Below are positions 58,896 to 64,000 of a stretch of DNA of 64,000 nt, in pieces. The translations under genes and the position numbers were made by a program. The stretch lies in assembly GCF_009914755.1 (NCBI RefSeq), contig NC_060927.1; one strand, given 5' to 3'. The notes under the pieces were generated by a model. That model made no database searches and was not told the origin of the DNA. It worked only from the letters and a program-made list of their open reading frames with translations. This stretch comes from the human T2T-CHM13v2.0 reference genome, Homo sapiens. Numbering within the stretch: the first letter of the stretch is position 1; each line of letters begins with the position of its first letter.

Positions 58896-59314
58896 TGACT
58901 GTTTGGAAGTGTGTCCCCACCTAAATCTCATGAGGAAATGTCACCCCCAATGTTGAATGTGGGTTCTGGTGGGGGGTGGTTGAATCTTGGGGGAAATTTT
59001 CTCATGAATGGTTTATCAACATCCCTCTTTGTACTGTCCTCATGACAGTGAGTGAGTTCCCATGAAATCTGATCATTTAAAAGTGTGTAGCATCTCCGCC
59101 ACTCGCTCTCTTCCTTCTGCTCCCACCATGAGAGATGCCTGCTTCCCCTTCACCTTCTGCCATGATTGCAAGCTTCCTGAGGCCTCCCCAGAAGCAGGTG
59201 CTAGCATTATGCTTCCTGTACAGCCTTCAGAATCATGAGTGAATTAAACCTCTTTTCTTTTAAATTACCCAGTCTCAGGTATTCTTTATAGCAGTGCAAG
59301 AATGAACTAATATA
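58896..59314 (+). mobile_element. MSTA (MaLR) solo LTR
   Basis: tgactgtttggaagtgtgtccccacctaaatctcatg...ttatagcagtgcaagaatgaactaatata; 5-bp TSD gatgg (58891-58895, 59315-59319). Confidence 0.9.
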
Positions 59315-60049
59315 GATGGGGAAAAAATTATATCCTGCCTTTAAGAAACTCACTTCACCTGCAAAGATATACAAGGACTGAAAGTGAAGGGATCGGAAAA
59401 ATATTTCATGCAAATGGAAACAAAAAGTATGCAAGAGAAGCTATAATTATAACAGACAAAATTGAAATTCAGTCAGAAAAACATAAAAAGTGACAAAGAG
59501 GTCACTATATTATGATAAAAATTGAATTCACCAGAGATATGTAACAATTCAAATATATATGCACCCAAAATTGCAGAACCCAGATATACAAAGCAAATAT
59601 AATTAGAACCACTGAGAGAGAACCCAATAAAATAATAGTTGGAGAATTCAACATCCAACTTTCAATATTGGACAGATCATCTAGACAGAAAATTGACAAA
59701 GAAACATTGGATTTAAACTTCACTTTAGACCAAATGAACCTAACAAACATTTATAGAATATTTCTCCCAACAGCTACAGAATACACATTTTTCTCCTCAT
59801 CACATGGAACACTTTTCAGGCTAGGCAATATGTTAGGCCACAAAAAAAAACTTCAACAAAAATTGTTAAAAAAAATCATATCAAGTAACTTTGAGAATAT
59901 AATAGAATAAAATTCAATATTAACAAGAGGAACTTTGGAAACTGAGCAAATACATAGAAATTAAACAACATGTTCCTGAATGACCACTGAGTCAAAGAAG
60001 AAATTACAAAGGAAATCAAAAAAATGTTAGCAACAAATACAAATGAAAA

Positions 60050-60318
60050 GGCAGAAACAGAAAATAAAATACCCCATATTCTCACTTGTAAGTGGGAGCT
60101 AAACACTGAGTACACATGGACATAAAGATGAGAACAATAAACACTGGGGAATACAAGAGAGGAGGAGACGGGGAGAGAACAAGGGCTGAAAAACTTCATC
60201 TTGGGTCCTGGGAGATGGATTCATTCTTACTCCAAACTTCAGCATCATGCAAGCAATATACCTTTGTAACAAACCTGCACATGTGCCCCCGAACCTATAA
60301 TAAAAGTTGAATAAAAAC
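60050..60318 (+). mobile_element. Short L1PB4/L1PA16-type 3' end
   Basis: ttctcacttgtaagtgggagctaaac...gtaacaaacctgcacatgtgcccccgaacctataataaaagttg. Confidence 0.8.
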
Positions 60319-60698
60319 CACAATATATTGAAACTAGAGGGATAACATCAATGCAGAATTTTGAGGGAAGTTTATACCAGTAAATTACAACACTAAAACA
60401 ATTGAAATGTTTCAAATAAACAACCCAACAACACACCTCAAGAGCTAGAAAAGCAAAACCAAAATTATAGAAGAAAAGAAATAATAAAAAGCAAAGCACA
60501 CTAAACAAAATAGAAAACAAAATGAAAAGTATATTTTTGGAAAAGATAAAATTAATATACTTTAGCTATACTAACCAAGAATAAAGAGAGAAGACTCAAA
60601 TAAATAAAATCAGAAGTGAAAAAGGTGACATTACAACTTATATCACAGAACTACAAAGGGTTGTTAGAGAAAATTCCAAACAAATATATATTTGTTTG

Positions 60699-62354
60699 TA
60701 ATTTTTTTTTCTTTTTTCTTATACTTTAAGTTCTAGGGTACATGTGCACAACGTGCAGGTTTGCTACATATGTATACAGGTGCCGTGTTGGGTTGCTGCA
60801 CCCATTAACTCGTCATTTAGCATTAGGTATATCTCCTAATGCTATCCCTCCCCCATCCCCCTACTCCATGACAGACCCCGGTGTGTGATGCCCCTGCCCT
60901 GGGTCCAAGTGTTATTGTTCAATTCCCACCTATGAGTGAGAACATGCAGTGTTTGGTTTTCTGTCCTTGTGATAGTTTGCTCCAAATGATGATTTCCAAC
61001 TTCATCCACATCCCTGCAAAGGACATGAACTCATCCTTTTTTATGGCTGCATAGTATTCCATGGTGTATATGTGCCACATTTTCTTAATCTAGTCTATCA
61101 TTGATGGACATTTGGGTTGGTTCCAAGTCTTTGCTATTGTGAATAGTGCCACAATAAACATATGTGTGCATGTGTCTTTATAGCAGCATGATTTATAGTC
61201 CTTTGGGTATATACCCAGTAATGGGATCACTGGGTCAAATGGCATTTGTAGTTCTAGATCCTTGAGGAATCACCACACTATCTTCTACAATGGTTGAACT
61301 AGTTTACACTCCCACCAACAGTGTAAAAGTGTTCCTATTTCTCCACATCCTCTCCAGCATCTGTTGCTTCTTGACTTTTTAATGATCTCCATTCTAACTG
61401 GTGTGAGATGGTATGTCACTGTGGTTTTGATTTGTATTTCTCTGATGGCCAGTGATGATAAGCATTTTTTCATGTGTCTGTTGGCTTCATAAATGTCTTC
61501 TTTTAAAAAGTGTCTGTTCATATCCTTTGCCCACTTTTTGATGGAGTTGTTTGATTTTGTCTTGTAAATTTGTTTAAGTTCTTGTAGATTCTGGATATTA
61601 GCCCTTTGTCAGATGAGTAGATTGCAAAAATTTTCTCCCATTCTGTAGGTTACCTGTTCACTCTGATGGTAGTTTCTTTTGCTGTGCAGAAGCTCTTTAG
61701 TTTAATTAGATCCCATTTGTCAATTTTGGCTTTTGTTGCCATTGCTTTTGATGTTTTAGTCATGAAGTCCTTGCCCATGCGTATGTCCTGAATGGTATTG
61801 CCTAGGTTTTCTTCTAGGGTTTTTATGGTTTTAGGTCTAACATTTAAGTTTTTAATCTACCTTGAATTAATTTTTGTATAAGGTGTAAGGAAGGGATCCA
61901 GTTTCAACTTTCTACATATGGCTAGCCAGTTTTCCCAGCACCATTTATTAAATAGGGAATCCTTTACCCATTGCTTGTTTTTGTCAGTTTTGTCAAAGAT
62001 CTGATGGTTGTAAATGTGTGGTGTTATTTCTGAGGCCTCTATTCTGTTCCATTGGCCTATATCTCTGTTTTGGCCCCAGTACCATGCTGTTTTGGTTACT
62101 GTAGCCTTGTAGTATAGTTTGAAGTCAGGTAGCCTGATGCCTCCAGCTTTGTTCTTTTGGTTTAGGATTGTCTTGGCAATGCGGGCTCTTTTTTGGTTCC
62201 ATATGAACTTTAAAGTCGTTTTTTCCAGTTCTGTGAAGAAAGTCATTTGTAGCTTGATGAGGATGGCAGTGAGTCTGTAAATTACCTTGGGCAGTATGGC
62301 CATTTTCACAATATTGATTCTTCCTATCCATGAGCATGGAATGTTCTTCCATTT
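60699..62354 (-). mobile_element. 5'-truncated L1PA5-type element
   Basis: T-tail, 3'UTR, ORF2 C-terminal fragments 61285-61521 and part of 61857-62420; imperfect 16-bp TSD caaacaaa(t/c)atat(a/c)tt. Confidence 0.93.
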
Positions 62355-64000
62355 CAAACAAACATATCTTAACAAATTAGAAACTCTTGAGGAAATTGAT
62401 ACATTACAGGATACATACAAACTACAAGGATTGAATCAGGAAGAAATAGAAAACCTGAAGAAATCAATAATGAGTAAGGAGATCGAATCAATAATAAAAA
62501 TCTCCCCCACCAAAAAGTCCAAGAACAGATGGCTTTACTTCTGAATTCTACCAAACATATATAGAAGAACTAACATGTACAAACTTCTCAAAGTGTTCCC
62601 CAAAATTTGAAGGACAGGGAACTCTTTATACATTTTTCTATGAATCAAGCATTATCCTAATACCAACACAGACAAGAACACACCACCACCAGAAACAAAA
62701 CAAGCCAAACCAAACACAAAGGCCCCTACAGGCCAATATCCCTGCTGAGCATAGGTACAAAATTCATTTTTAAAAAAAATCACCAAACTAAATCCAATAA
62801 CATATCAAAAAGATAATGCACCATGATCAAGTGGAATTTATCTCGGGGATACAAGGATGATTCAACATAGGCAAATCAATAAATCTGATGCATCACACCA
62901 ACAACTAAAGAACAACTGATCATTTCACTTGATTCAGAAAACGCATTTAATAAAATTCCCTTTGTGATTAAAACTCTCTACAAATTATACATAGAAGGAA
63001 CATACTTTAACATAATAAAGGCTATATATGATAAACCCACTTCTAGCATCATACTGAATGAGGAGAATCTGGAGCCATTCCCTAAGAACAAAAACAAGGA
63101 TGACCACTTTTCCCATTTTAATTCAACATGGTACCGCAAGTCCTAGCAAAAGCAATGAGAAAAGAGAAAGAAATAATGGTATTTAAATCGGAAATTGGGA
63201 GTCAAATTGTTCCTCTCTGCATATGGCATGGTTTTATATACAGAAAAATCTAAAACATCACAAAAAAACTCTTAGAACTGTGAACAAATTCAGTAAAGTT
63301 TCAGGATACAAATTTAATAGAAAAAATTAGTAGCATGTCTAATCATTGGTAATTAACTAGATGAAAGAGAAATCAAGAAAAAAATCCCATTTACAATAGC
63401 TTCAAAAAGTAAGAATAAATATAAACAGGAAGGTGAAAATTCTTTATAAGAAAAACTAGAAAACATTGATGAAAGTTGAAGAGGACACAAACAAATAGAA
63501 AGACAATCCATGTTCATGGGTTGGAAAAATTAATATTGTTGACATGATCAAACTACCCAAAGTAATCAACAGATTCAATGCAATCCCTATCAAAATACAA
63601 AAGATATTCTTTACAAAAATAGTACAAGCAATCCTAAAATTTGTATGGCACCACAAAATAACTTGAATAGCCAAAGCAATTTGATTAAAAAGAACAAAGC
63701 TTTAGGCATTACACTACCTGACTTTAAAATATACTACAAATCTTTACTAATCAAGACATCATGGCATTGGTATAAAAGCAGACACATAAACCAATGAAGC
63801 AGAATAAAGAACTTAAAATAAGTCCACATATTGACAATCAACCGATATTTGACAAAGGTGCCAAGAACATCCATTGGGGAAAAGATATCCTCTTTAACAA
63901 ATATTGCTAGGAAAACTGGATATCTATATGCAGAAAAATAAACCTAGACCCCATATTTTCATCATATACAAAAATCACTCAAAATATGTAACAACTAAAA

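Larger units (their letters stand above)
57609..64000 (+). mobile_element. Old L1M/L1MA element (5'UTR pieces at 57609-57738 and 58282-58690, then ORF2 running off the window), with nested insertions
   Basis: gagagatccccagcagtccacattcccac 5'UTR motif; ORF2-like fragments 59668-59910 and 62964-63146. Confidence 0.8.

Overview
Primate, almost certainly human, AT-rich genomic DNA from an olfactory-receptor cluster. The only real gene is the intronless OR5K3 CDS (34360-35325, +). It is an intact 321-aa ORF, but its DRY motif reads DCY. Most of the rest is nested interspersed repeats: several generations of LINE-1 (one full-length L1PA4/PA3-type at 50281-56427), Alus, L2/MIR, a decayed ERV1 pol-env-LTR remnant, a MER4 remnant, and solo LTRs (HML-2 LTR5, HERV-H LTR7, MER31, MSTA, MLT1). 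Most other ORFs in the track are repeat-derived. I found no convincing new gene system. The notable signals are structural. (1) Two inverted L1PA copies flanking OR5K3 share at least seven apparently non-consensus substitutions, including one at an RT catalytic Asp, which points to gene conversion. (2) A 'ghost' copy of the OR5K3 unit near 1850-5960 appears to have lost its receptor CDS. (3) An HML-2 solo LTR has a 24-bp flanking duplication and a fold-back insertion. (4) There are several templated micro-rearrangements. Repeat subfamily names and consensus comparisons come from memory, not a database search, and boundaries of old repeats are approximate.
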